This document shows positions 49,113 through 59,976 of a stretch of 64,000 nt of DNA, piece by piece. The stretch comes from a virus: positions 1 to 64,000 of IMG/VR virus record IMGVR_UViG_3300037258_001214; one strand, written 5' to 3'. The notes below the pieces were generated by a model. That model had not been told where the DNA came from. It saw only the letters and a program-made list of their open reading frames with translations, and did not search any database. Position numbers and translations under genes: made by a program. Position 1 is the stretch's first letter; each line of letters begins with the position of its first letter.

Positions 49113-50925
49113 GTATGCCTTTCGTCCAGCCGTCAGCCATGCCGACCGGCTCCGCCACGCTCGGAGCACCGATCGGCCTGTCATCGACGCAGCCCATCGA
49201 CGACCGCCAGATGTCCATGCTTCCCGTGGGCAGCCAGCCATGGCCGCCACCGCAATACGATCCGGTCAGCTACCAGCACCGGATCTGGAATGCGTGGTGG
49301 ACCGGGGACCGCCAGATGCTGGCATGGGTTTATTACAACCTCGGAGCCAATTCGCCCTACGGTCGCGCTTTCTTTGCCACTACCGGTGAAAAGGGAATGC
49401 CGATGCCGCGCCCTGGCCAGTACAGGGGCGGCTTGCTGGGCAGTATTGAATACTCGTTCTGGTTAAGTGAGGCGAGCCCGTACCCCCAGGGGAGAAGCGC
49501 ACCCGCCTGCACGTCCCCATCGCCGGCGACATCGCGCAGACCTCCGCGTCGCTGCTGTTCTCCTCGCCGCCCGAGCTGAAGACGACGCTCACCGGGCCGG
49601 AGGGCGTCGCGAACCAGGCGTGGCTCAATGCCCTGATCGACGACGGCTTCCACACGCGGCTCCTGGAGGGCGGCGAGATGTGCGCGGGACTCGGCGGGGT
49701 GTACCTGCGGATCGTGTGGGACACCTCGGTCAGTGACAAGCCCTGGATCCAGCCGGTCTCCGCTGATGTCGCGGTGCCGCAGTTCGCCTACGACAAGCTC
49801 CGGTCGGCGACGTTCTGGCGGGTGCTGGAGGATAACGGATCGGACGTGGTCCGGCACCTGGAGATGCACGCGCCCGGTCAGAACCAGGTCATCCACGGTG
49901 TCTACTCCGGCGGCCAGTCCGACCTCGGCGAGATCGTCCCCATGTCCGATTTCCCGGCCACTGCGCGGATCTTCGCCGACCTGCAGGGCGACACGCTGAA
50001 CCTGCCCAACCTGCCGTTCGACGCGTCCACGGTCACCTACATCCCGAACCTGAAGCCCAACAGGATCTGGCGGGACCTCGGCCCGGAGCTGTGGCCGCTG
50101 GGCCGGTCGGATTTCCAGGGCGTCGAGCCGCTGATGGACGCCCTGGACCACACCTACTCGAACTGGATGCGGGACATCGACCTGGCGGCCATGCGCCTCA
50201 TCGTCCCGGCCGAGTACCTGGACAATATCGGGAGGGGAAAAGGGGCGGTTTTCGAGCCTGACCGCCGCGTGTTCACGCCCCTGTCGATGCTCCACGACGG
50301 AGGCGGCGCGCCGTCGATCACCGCCAACCAGTTCGCGATCCGCTGGCGGGAACATTCCGAGACCTGCCAGGACCTGGCCAACCGCATCGTCCAGGAAGCC
50401 GGGTACAGCGCTCAGTCCTTCGGCGACTACCAGGGCAACGCCCCGACCGCGACGGAGATCGAGGCCCGGGAGCGCACCAGCCTGATGACCCGGAAGAAGA
50501 AGATCCTGTACTGGCGGCCGTCGCTCCAGGACGCCATCTACTCGCTGATGTGCGTGGCCAGGCTGTACTTCGGCGCGTCCGCGATCACGCCGGAACGGCC
50601 GGATATCAACTTCCCCGCCGTGGCGCTCCCCGACGAGCAGGCCCTGGCGCAGACCGTGGCCACGCTGGCAGGCGCCGAGGCTGCGTCGAAGGCCACCTTG
50701 GTCGCGATGGCGCACCCGGAGTGGACGAAAGAAGAAGTCAACGCGGAGGTCCAGCAGATCCGCGCTGAGATCGGCACCGAGCTGGCCGCGCACGCGAAGA
50801 TCGCGCTGGCCCAGCCGCCGGGGACGTCGATCCAGGAGATGGAGGCGGGGCTGGAGCAGATGGCCCCGGTCACCGACGACACGGGTGCAGATGAGGGTAC
50901 CGGCGACCAGGAAGGCGGTTCGTGA
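49109..50925 (+). CDS. Portal protein, split by an 8-nt coding gap at 49463-49470 (~602 aa if joined)
   Basis: 5' frame ends ...IEYSFW; 3' frame resumes GEPVPPGEKRTRLHVPIAGDIAQTSASLLF...GRSDF...TATEI; lies after terL. Confidence 0.88.
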
Positions 50926-52099
50926 TGGCAGATCACTATGACCCGGCGCAGGCGCGGGACAATCGCGGCGAGTGGACCAGCGGCGCGGGCGCGGTGGCGA
51001 GGAACGTCACCGGGAGGGGCGGCGGCCGGAAGGCGGCAGGCCCCCCGAAGGTGAAGAACCCCGGCGGCCGGAACATGTACGCGCGGGACGACACCCCCGA
51101 GTACCAGAAGCGCGAGGGCACCAAGCCGAACATCCACGTTCCGGAGCCGGCTCCGGCGTCGGCGCGGCGCGCCCCGGCGGGCAGCAGGACGGCCAAGCCC
51201 GCTAAGCCGGCCCGCCCGGCCCGGCCGCCGAAGGCCAGGTTCGCCTCGCACGGCACCGGCGCCGCGTCGCAGTCCGGCGGTCCCGGGCCGGTCATCCCGA
51301 AGTGAGGCCGCCATGGGCACGCTGAACGGCAAGCAGCGCAAGGCGCTCCCGAGGGACAGCTTCGCGCTCCCGGGCGGCGGCCCGGCGGGCGCGGACGCCT
51401 ACCCGCTGGCCGGGCCGGACGGCCGGCCGTCGCAGGCGCACGCCGTGGCTGCGCTGGCCCGGGTCGCGAAGAACGGCACCCCGGCGGAGAAGCGCGAGGT
51501 ACGCGCCGCGGTGCGGAAGAAGTTCCCGGGCCTGCCGAGCTCGCAGGGCAACGGCGGCAGCCAGGCGGCCGCGCACAACCAGCGGGTGGACCGGCGGGCC
51601 GGGAAGAGCAGGGCCTCGTGAGCGTCCTCGGCAGGCCCGCGAGCCAGCCTGACAAGCCCGCGACGAAGACCGCCTCGTCGCCGTCGTCCTACCGGATCGT
51701 CGAGGAGGGCCGCAGGTACTGGAGCGACCGCCCGACGAGCACGGGCAAGACCGCCGGGATCGCGTTCGGGACACCGGGCTCGTTCACGGAGTGCGTTGAC
51801 CGCACGACCCCGCACCTCGGCGGGGGCGCCAAGGGTTACTGCGCTGAGCGCTACCACGATGCCACGGGCACGTGGCCGGGCCGGCATGGAGGCAAGTGAT
51901 GGCACCGAAGGCACCCAGGCCCAGGAAGGCGCCGAAGGGCAAGAAGGGCGCAGCGAAGCCCGCGGCGTCCTCATCGGCTCCGCCGCAGTCGGCACCGGCC
52001 GACGCGAAGGCCAACGGGTGGAAGCCGCCGTTCCCCGGTGCTAAGCCCCCGTTCAAGGAGCCCGCGGCGAATCCGGGCAAGAAGGACAGGGGCAAGTGA
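50925..52099 (+). CDS. Four small basic Lys/Pro/Ala-rich proteins (50925-51305, 51313-51621, 51618-51899, 51899-52099)
   Basis: Coupled ORFs; motifs ARDNRGEW, RKALPRDSFALP..YPL, FTECV...KGYCA. Confidence 0.6.
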
Positions 52100-53102
52100 C
52101 GGCCACGCTCACGCACACTTTCACGCAGACCCACAACGTCATCAAGCTGGCGAACCCGTTCCTTGCGTGCGGGACGTGCGGGAAGTGCGTCGAGGCGCGC
52201 CACGATGACCGCTGCGGCTGTGATGATGAGGGCCCGCTTCTCCTGTTCCCGTGCTGCCACCGCGGCGAGTACCGGGACCTGTGCCCATCGTGGAGTCCGG
52301 TCGACGGCTGCACCTGCCTGAAGGTCCTCGGCCACGTCCCGCACCCCGCCGAACTGCCGAGGGGCGCGTGATGGCCGACCGCGTAACCATCGTCCTCGCC
52401 AGCGACGACGCCGCCGAGACCCGCGACTGCTCGTTCACCGTCGATGACTACGACAAGCGCACGGACCCGGACGTCTACGGAGATCTGGACGCCTACCTCG
52501 ACCAGCGTGCCTACCCGAAGCTGCGCGCCGAGTGGCGTCCCGACTTCCACGAGGTCTCGCGGCATGTCGAGCGCGGGGTGATCTCCGTTGGCTGACAAGG
52601 CAGTCCCGTCCCTGGGCAACACCGGGCCCCGCGACTTCTCCGCCCAGTTGCACTCCAACTTCACCGCCCCGGTACCTCAGCCTCACATCACAGTGCACAT
52701 CTACCTCTCCGATGAGGAAGCAGCGAAGGTGAGCCCGGCTGACGTATCCGCAGCGGTAGGCGAGCTGCTGGCCCGGCTCGGGGTGGATCAGGGCCAGGTC
52801 GACGTGTCCGGGCCGGAGCGTGCCGGGTGAAGCCGAGCGCAGGCGTGATGAAGGTCGGCGCGACGGCCGCCGGCTCGCGGCCGGTCACCGTCGAGTTCGA
52901 CGCCGGCGACCAGAATCCGGTGGAGATCTACGAGGCGTTCGAGCGGATGCTTGCCGCGTGGCCTGACGCCAGGGTGCCGCTCAAGCGCGGCGCGGCCAAG
53001 GGCACCGTCTGCGGCTGCGGTGCCGATCACGGCGGATGGGTGTGCAGCCACTGCACGGTGCCGGATGCAGTGGCCCGGACCCTATCGGAGCCGCAGCCGT
53101 GA
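52096..53102 (+). CDS. Four small hypothetical genes (52096-52371, ~52371-52595, 52588-52830, 52827-53102)
   Basis: Overlapping stop/start codons. Confidence 0.5.
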
Positions 53103-54373
53103 ACGCGCAGCCCGCACCCGCTGCAGCCGACCGCGCGCCCGCGTCGGACCTGATCGCCACCCTGCGGGAGAAAGCCCCCCGCGCGGCGATGACCCTGGCA
53201 GCCGCCCAACTCGCGTGGCCCGCTACCGCGCGGGTCCGTTCCTGGGCCCGCGACCGGTCTACCTACACGGTCAAGGTCCACGGCACGGACGGCATCTACG
53301 ACGACCTGCACGAGTGGGTGCTGTCCCTGCTGGCCCCGAAGGAACAGCGGGCCCTGGTGGCGTGGTCGACCAGGCGCGGGATGCTCATGGAAGCCCCCGT
53401 CAGCGGCCGGGCATCCGAGCCGCCGCCCCCGCCGCTTCGCCTGCGGTACGACGGCACCCGCGAGCAGGCCATCGCCGTGGGCGGCCACAAGATCCGCGTC
53501 GTCGTGGCCGAGCACGCCAGCAGCGATGAGGAGCGGTGGAAGCCGCCCGAGATCGTGTTCACCGCCCGGTCGGCCGCCGCGCGCTCGGCGCTGCTGCGCG
53601 AGATCGAGGGCGTGCTGCGCCGCAGCCGCCAGTCCGAGCGGAAGCCCTCGTTCCGGATGCTGGACAAGTGGGGCGACTGGGAGAAGCTCGACGACCTGCC
53701 GCCGCGCACCCTGGACAGCGTGATCCTGCCGGACGGCCAGCTTGAGCGGCTGACCGCCGACGTGGCCCGGTTCCTGGCCGCCGAGCAGGACTACGTGCGC
53801 CGCTGCGTCCCGTGGCATCGCGGCTACCTGTTCGAGGGACCGCCCGGCACCGGCAAGACGTCCGTGGCCCGGGCCATCGCCAGCCACTTCGGGATGGACG
53901 TGTGGTACCTCCCGCTGGCCGACGTCCGCAAGGACGCCGAGCTGCTGCGGGTCGCCACCCGGATCGGCCCGCGCTCCATGCTGCTGCTGGAAGACGCCGA
54001 CGTGTTCCATGCCGCCACGAAGAGGGACGACGACAGCCCCGACAAGGTGACGCTCTCCGGGCTGCTCAACACGCTGGACGGCATCGCCACCCCGCACGGC
54101 CTGCTCACCGTGCTGACGACGAACCGGCCCGGAGCGCTCGACGACGCGGTGACCAGGGCCGGGCGGATCGACCTGACCGAGCACTTCGGCCTCGCCGATG
54201 CCAGGCAGGTCGAGCAGCTCATCAGGCGCTGGTACGAGCGCGGCGCGATCGGGCCCGGTGGCATCCCTGAGATTTCCGGTATCGCCCCGGCCGACGTGAT
54301 CGAGGCGTGCAAGCGCCACGACGACCCGGCGCACGCGATCGGCCAGCTACTCACCCTGGAGCCGCAGCCATGA
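53099..54373 (+). CDS. AAA+ ATPase, BCS1-like
   Basis: RTLDSVIL, PWHRGYLFEGPPGTGKTS, LLLEDAD, TLSGLLNTLDG, TTN, RAGRID. Confidence 0.88.
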   Translation: MNAQPAPAAADRAPASDLIATLREKAPRAAMTLAAAQLAWPATARVRSWARDRSTYTVKVHGTDGIYDDLHEWVLSLLAPKEQRALVAWSTRRGMLMEAPVSGRASEPPPPPLRLRYDGTREQAIAVGGHKIRVVVAEHASSDEERWKPPEIVFTARSAAARSALLREIEGVLRRSRQSERKPSFRMLDKWGDWEKLDDLPPRTLDSVILPDGQLERLTADVARFLAAEQDYVRRCVPWHRGYLFEGPPGTGKTSVARAIASHFGMDVWYLPLADVRKDAELLRVATRIGPRSMLLLEDADVFHAATKRDDDSPDKVTLSGLLNTLDGIATPHGLLTVLTTNRPGALDDAVTRAGRIDLTEHFGLADARQVEQLIRRWYERGAIGPGGIPEISGIAPADVIEACKRHDDPAHAIGQLLTLEPQP

Positions 54374-54927
54374 CCGCGATCGACTACGACACCGAGTTCA
54401 TCGAGTCGGGTCCAGCGTCGCCGATCCTGGCGCTGTCGATCGGGATGATCCGCGACGACGGCGCGACCTACTACGCGGTGGTCGACGACCGCGACGCGAT
54501 CACGCTGGCGCTAATGAACCCGTGGCTTGCCGAAAACGTCATCCCGTCTCTCCCGGTCCAGTTCTTCGTCGGCGGGCAGCGGTGGACCTGGGCCACCGGC
54601 CACCCCGACTACAGCGCGGTCAAGCCCCGGCGTCAGATCGCGGCCGAGGTCGCGGAGTTCATCACCAGCACGCCCGACGTGGAGCTGTGGGCCGACTACT
54701 GCGCCTACGACCATGTGGTCCTGGCCCAGCTGTTCGGCCGCATGACCGACCTGCCCAGCGGCGTGCCGATGTGGACGCACGACCTCCGGCAGGAATGGGA
54801 CCGCCTCGGCCGGCCCGGCCTGCCGTCGCTGTCGGGGATCACCGAGCACAACGCCCTCGACGATGCCCGCGAGTGCCAGTTCCGGCGCCGCTGGCTGGCC
54901 AGCCGCCAGGAAGAAGGCACCCCATGA
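54370..54927 (+). CDS. 3'-5' exoribonuclease, Rv2179c-like (DEDDh)
   Basis: YDTEFIE, LSIG, WADYCAYDHVVL, HNALDDA. Confidence 0.88.
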   Translation: MTAIDYDTEFIESGPASPILALSIGMIRDDGATYYAVVDDRDAITLALMNPWLAENVIPSLPVQFFVGGQRWTWATGHPDYSAVKPRRQIAAEVAEFITSTPDVELWADYCAYDHVVLAQLFGRMTDLPSGVPMWTHDLRQEWDRLGRPGLPSLSGITEHNALDDARECQFRRRWLASRQEEGTP

Positions 54928-55097
54928 TGCACCCCTCAGAGAACCTGGTCCGGCGCGCGGAGTCGTTCGCCGAGATCTGCATCTGCACCCCGGTCCGCAT
55001 GGTCCGCGGCTGCCCCCGTCATTCCCCAGGCGATTCCGGAACCCCGGAATCGCACCACCACATGTTGATCCGCATCATCGAGAACCAGGAGAAGATC

Positions 55098-56217
55098 ATG
55101 ACTGAGCTTTCGCAGGCCCAGACCGACATCAACACCGCCGTGGAGGTGGTCACCGGACTGCTGACCGACGTCGGGGACAAGCTGGCCGACGTCAACACCC
55201 AGCTCGGCACCCTGGCCACCGACCTGCTGGCTATCCAGCAGCAGATCGCCAACGGCCAGCCGGTCGACACGAGCGCGCTGAACACCATGGTCGGCAACGT
55301 CGCAGCCGTCCAGGCGAGCCTCGACAGCACGAGCGCGGCGCTGGACACGGCGGTCGCGAACGTGACCGCTGTCGCCAGCCCGCCCGCCCCGGCTGTCCCG
55401 GCCGAGCCCGTTGCCGGCGGCGACACCGGAAGCGCCAGCTAGGCCGTGGCCACCGCAACGGCACCGATCACCAGCGAGGAAGCGGCCACGCTGTTCCGCC
55501 TGGAAGCGCACGTCGTCCTGCGGCCGGCCGAGCAGGACAAGCTCGGTGCCACCGACCTCTTCGAGGCCGTCCAGGATCTCCTGGAGCGCAAGGGCGTCAA
55601 CCGGGCGGACTGCTTCCTGGAGGCGATGCGGACCGACCCTGGCAGTCGCTATGCACAGGACCACACCCACGACAGCCCGGAGCCGTAGCCATGGCAGGCA
55701 AGCACGTCCCCTCGTCAGCCGCCCCAGGCTCGACGCAGGACGCATCGGGGAAGGTCGGCGCCCATTACGCGGCGCCGACCTCCTCCGGGGCGGACTCGAC
55801 CGCTGACATGCGGGACGGGGACTCCGACTCGGGATCGTGGGCACCGGACGAGCCCGCGACGACGGTTCCGGGGTCGGCGGCGAGCGAGGCCCTGCGCGGC
55901 GGCGGCACGCCGTGATCCCGTTCGGCGAGCGCTCCCTCATCCAGGTGTGGTGGACCGACACGACCAACGTCGCGGGCGGCTGGCATGACGAGGGAGACCT
56001 CGCCGCCTTCGCCACGAACGGCGCCTGGGAGGCCAGCAACACCGGCTGGCTCGTCTACGAGGACGAGTTGTGCATCGTGCTCGCCGGCCGGATGACCGAC
56101 GACGGGAAGCATGTCGGCCTCGTCGAGCGGATCCCGAAGGCCGCGATTACCTCCAGGACGGCCTGGTCCTCGCTCGGAAACATAGACCGGCCCGTGTCAT
56201 CGCTGGCCAATCCATAA
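55098..56217 (+). CDS. Four small genes (55098-55442 coiled-coil; 55446-55688; 55691-55915; 55912-56217)
   Basis: Packed ORFs; AGGAG RBS before 55098. Confidence 0.55.
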
Positions 56218-56282
56218 CCGCTATCTATACGATTTCGGCAACCGGGCCGCAACGGCCGCCTAGCCCTGTAACAGGAGTACTC

Positions 56283-57269
56283 ATGCACGACACCAGGCCA
56301 GCGCCCGGGGAGATCATCGGCTACCGCAAGGACGGCCGGCCTATCCGCCTGGCGGCCGGCGGGTCTGAGACGGCGGTGGAAACACCCCCGGCTCCTCCGT
56401 CCGCACCCGCGCCGCCCCAGCAGCCCCCGCCAGCTCCGCCCGCCGCGCCGCCAGCACCGGCCCAGCCTCAGCAGCAGGCCCCGGCCGCCCCTGCGCAGCC
56501 TGCCGCACCAGCAGCACCTGCACCGGCTGCGGAACCCGACTGGAAGGCTCAGGCCGAGACCTCCCGGCAGGAAGCCGTCACCGCCCGCGCCGAAGCCGAC
56601 CGGCTCAAGGCCGAGGCCGAACGGTGGAAGCAGCAGTCCCGCCAGCAGGAAGCCCGCTCCAAGGCCAACCACCAGCAGGTGCGGGGCCTGGAGGGCGTGG
56701 TCCGGCAGATCGCGGAGAAGCTCGAGATCCCCTTCGACGACAAGCCGGACCCCGAAGAGGTCGCCCGCAGGCTCACCGAGGCGCAGACGGTCGCCCGGCA
56801 GAGGACCGTCGAGCTGGCCGTCTACACCACCGCGGCCGAGGCCGGGGCGATGGCCGCGGCGCTGCTGGACTCCCGCGAGTTCATGGCCCGCACCGCGATG
56901 CTCGACCCGGATGCGGCGGACTTCCCCTCCCAGGTGGCCGACCTGGTGAGGGAAGCGGCGCAGATGCCGAAGTACCAGGCCCCGGCTCCGCCTCCGCCGC
57001 CCGCGCTGACACCGCAGGTCACCCAGCCGCCGTCCCAGCAGCAGCCCGCCGCCCAGTTCCAGCAGCCCCCGGCGCAGCCGCCCGCCGCGTCCAGCGGCGC
57101 CGACTTCAACGGCGCCCCGGGCGGGAACCGGATGTGGACCCAGGCCGACTACGACTACTGGACCGCGCCGGGACGTGACCGGGACGGGTCGATCATGTCC
57201 AAGGCGATCGCGGACGGCCTGCTGGTCAACCTGGGGGTCGGGAAGCCGTCAAGGAAGTCACGGCGGTAG
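56283..57269 (+). CDS. Capsid scaffolding protein
   Basis: IIGYRKDGRPIRLAAGGS start, Pro/Gln-rich linker, coiled coil, LLDSREF, SGADF. Confidence 0.8.
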   Translation: MHDTRPAPGEIIGYRKDGRPIRLAAGGSETAVETPPAPPSAPAPPQQPPPAPPAAPPAPAQPQQQAPAAPAQPAAPAAPAPAAEPDWKAQAETSRQEAVTARAEADRLKAEAERWKQQSRQQEARSKANHQQVRGLEGVVRQIAEKLEIPFDDKPDPEEVARRLTEAQTVARQRTVELAVYTTAAEAGAMAAALLDSREFMARTAMLDPDAADFPSQVADLVREAAQMPKYQAPAPPPPPALTPQVTQPPSQQQPAAQFQQPPAQPPAASSGADFNGAPGGNRMWTQADYDYWTAPGRDRDGSIMSKAIADGLLVNLGVGKPSRKSRR

Positions 57270-57273
57270 GGGG

Positions 57274-58811
57274 ATGCCCGGTCCGGACGTCTTGCCCCCG
57301 CTGGCGTATTTCCAGCACCAGATAGTGCTCATCCCGAAGCAGTTCGGCTACGTGGGCAGCTACACCCGTGGCATGCTCGACGTGGAGCAGGTGCAAGACC
57401 GCGCCTTCGGTCAGATGATGTACCGGTTCACCACCAGCGTCCTGTCCGGGCGTACCGTCACCGAGACGCAGCGGGCGTCGGTCAAGGTGCCTGCCAGCTG
57501 GTGGCAGCACCTGAAGAGGACGGCTGGCGAACGGCACGCGGAATGGATCCGGAAGCCGCACAGCCCGTGGCTGCTGTTCATCCTCCCGCTCGACATCCTC
57601 ACCATCGTGCCCCGCGTCTACCTCGTCCCGTGGTTCCTGCGCCGGCATCCGGTGAGGTACGCCGAGATCACCGCCGAAGTCCGCTTCACGCGCGACACGC
57701 TCTACCCCGGCGCCGATGTCTCGCTTCCGCATGACCGCTTCGGCGTGCCGGTCATGTGGGAGTCGCTGGAGATCGCGCCGATGGCCCCGGACGGCGAGCC
57801 GTGGACGCTGGACGACTATGGGGCGCCGCGCTTCGTCAGCCGCCATGAGCTTCTCGGCGAGATCTACCGGGACACGGACCTGATCAACGCTAGGGGGGCC
57901 TTCGGCGGCATGATCACGCCGGACGGTGTCCTCGACTGGCTCGGCCAGCACGGCGTCAGCGTTGACCAGCTCGTCGCCAGGAGTGCCCTGTGAGCGGGCC
58001 GCGAGGTGCGGCATGAGCCTGACCACCGACCCGGAGGACCTGCGCCTCGGCCGTGGTGCTGACCGGGAGCCTGGCCCGCAGAACACGGCCTACCTGGTCC
58101 TGTCCGACGGGGAGCGCGCCAAGGGCTTCGTGCGGCCGGTGCGGCTGTCCTACCGGCACGCCGGCATCCCCGGCCCGCGCTGGCCGCTCCGCGATCTCAC
58201 CGGCGAGGAGCAGGAACGCTACGCAGGCAGCGGCTACGCCAGGTACGAGGAATACCCGCCTGACGACCTGTCCGCGCTCGGCCGGTTCTGGACCCAGGCG
58301 CAACTCGACGGCATCGGCAAGGGCTGCCGCGCGGTCACGACCATGAACCGGGCCATCGCGGAGACTTACAGCCGCACGCCCGGCTTCTACGGGGCCACCT
58401 ACTGCTGCTCCTGCCGTCTTCACCTGCCCGTGGGGCCGCAGGGAGAGTTCACCTGGATCGAGCCTGACGGGTCGGAGGCGGGGAACCGCGTTGGCACCTG
58501 AGCAGGCGGAGGACGCCTACCCCGTCGCCTACTGTGCTCCCGGCCGGCGCTTCGCCGCCGCGCTCACCCTGATGTTCAAGGGCGAGGAGGTCGCGCGGAT
58601 CGTCGAGCACCCGTGGCTTGAGGGGACCGCGGGCGTCTACGTCGTGGCCGAAGATCGGCTGGACCTGACCAAGCTGCTCCCGGTCAGGTGCGAGGTCTCC
58701 GAGCCGTTGCCGTGGCGTGACCCCAACTGGGTGTACGGGGCGCTCGTGAACACGCCCATACGGGGCATCTGCCCCGCTGTAGGCGTAACGGGCATCTCGG
58801 CGTTACCATGA
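57274..58811 (+). CDS. Three accessory genes between scaffold and capsid (57274-57993, 58013-58501, 58491-58811)
   Basis: Middle gene has YLVLS..ERAKGFVRPVR..AETY..FYGATYC; the last has TTA as penultimate codon. Confidence 0.6.
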
Positions 58812-59049
58812 GCACGACGCACCCCGCGTCCGCGTACAGGCCGCCAGGCCTCGCGGCGGGGAGCGGTAGCCGCCGGAACGGCGAGCAGTCCGCCCGCAAC
58901 GGGTAGCACACCTCACTTGAGCAGGAGCTACCTCTTGCACGCGGTACTCGCCTGAACGGCGGCTTTGCTTTACCCGGAATTGCCGTAACGGCATTTCAAA
59001 TTCACCCGCAACGGGATTCTCGCGAATTCCCTGAAGGGGTGAAATAGAC
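58804..59049 (+). promoter_or_regulatory. Major-capsid leader: TACCAT -10-like box and five G-NAA-C-type hairpins (one imperfect)
   Basis: cgccg-gaa-cggcg 58871; cccg-caa-cggg 58893; cgcc-tgaac-ggcg 58949; tgccg-taa-cggca 58981; cccg-caa-cggg 59005. Confidence 0.7.
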
Positions 59050-59961
59050 TTGACAGTACTCGCGTTTAAGCCAGAAGCGTGGTCGAAGGTAATTCTCGCT
59101 GCCGAGAAGAAGGCACTTGTCTTCGGTGGCCCGGGAATTGTCAACGATGACTACGAGGGCGAAGTGTCGGGACCGGGAACAACGGTCCACATCACGCAGT
59201 TCGGTGACCCGGAAGTCTCCGACTACGCGCCGAATGAGTCCATTGCCTATCAGGAACTGGACGACGCCGGCCAAGAGCTGCTCATCGACCAGCGGAAGTA
59301 TTTCGCGTTCACGATCGACGACGTGGACAAGCGCCAGGCCGCCGGGGACATGCAGTCCTATCTCGAAGACAGGGCGGCATACAAGCTGGCCGACACCGCG
59401 GATCAGTTCATCGCGGGCCTGTACGTCAACTGCGCCAGCGCGAACATCCTCCTGAACAGCGGCACTTCCTCGCTGACCGTCGACAACGAGCTGGCCCCGC
59501 TGACCTACGGCGGCTCCTCGACCAACCCGGCGGACTTCTACCTCCAGGTCGTCCTGCCGCTGAAAGTCAAGCTAGACGAGGCGTACGTCCCGAAGAAGGG
59601 CCGCTACCTCGTCGTCCCGCCGTGGGCGGAAGCGCTGCTGGAGCAGACGCAGGCATTCGTCTCCGTCGCCACTCCCGCGCAGCAGGAGGTATTCACCGAG
59701 GGCCTTATCGGGCGTGTCTCCGGATTCGACGTCTACACGAGCAACAACAGTGTCGAATTCGACCAGGCGAATAACGGCTGGGTCGTTCAGGCGGGCCACC
59801 CGATGGCAATTACTTTCGCGGAGCAGATTGTCCAGACGGAAGCTCTCCGCCTCCAGACGACTTTCGCGGACGCGGTCCGCGGATTGCACGTCTACGGCGG
59901 CCGGCTGGTCCGTCCGGACCACATCGCTGTCGCGGGCGTCAAGCGCCCGGCCGGAATCTGA
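59050..59961 (+). CDS. Major capsid protein
   Basis: FKPEAWS, DYEGEV, GTTVHI, LLIDQRKYFAFTIDDVD, IGRVSGFDVYTSN, DAVRGLHVYG. Confidence 0.92.
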   Translation: MTVLAFKPEAWSKVILAAEKKALVFGGPGIVNDDYEGEVSGPGTTVHITQFGDPEVSDYAPNESIAYQELDDAGQELLIDQRKYFAFTIDDVDKRQAAGDMQSYLEDRAAYKLADTADQFIAGLYVNCASANILLNSGTSSLTVDNELAPLTYGGSSTNPADFYLQVVLPLKVKLDEAYVPKKGRYLVVPPWAEALLEQTQAFVSVATPAQQEVFTEGLIGRVSGFDVYTSNNSVEFDQANNGWVVQAGHPMAITFAEQIVQTEALRLQTTFADAVRGLHVYGGRLVRPDHIAVAGVKRPAGI

Positions 59962-59976
59962 GAGGGGGTAACAGAT

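Noticed and set aside
49463-49470. 8-nt portal insert as a micro-intron religated by the phage RtcB
   Set aside because: No bulge-helix-bulge or paired-hairpin splice structure and no splicing endonuclease seen; the TTA plus matched take-off/landing codons fit bypassing better. RT-PCR across the site would settle it.
10138-50600. Isolated CCG-NAA-CGG matches inside coding regions (e.g. ~10138, ~31267, ~50589)
   Set aside because: Single copies with no -10-like box or tandem partner; a few are expected by chance at this GC content
56380-57100. Pro/Ala/Gln repeats in the scaffold gene as a DNA repeat element
   Set aside because: Explained by a low-complexity protein linker with variable codons
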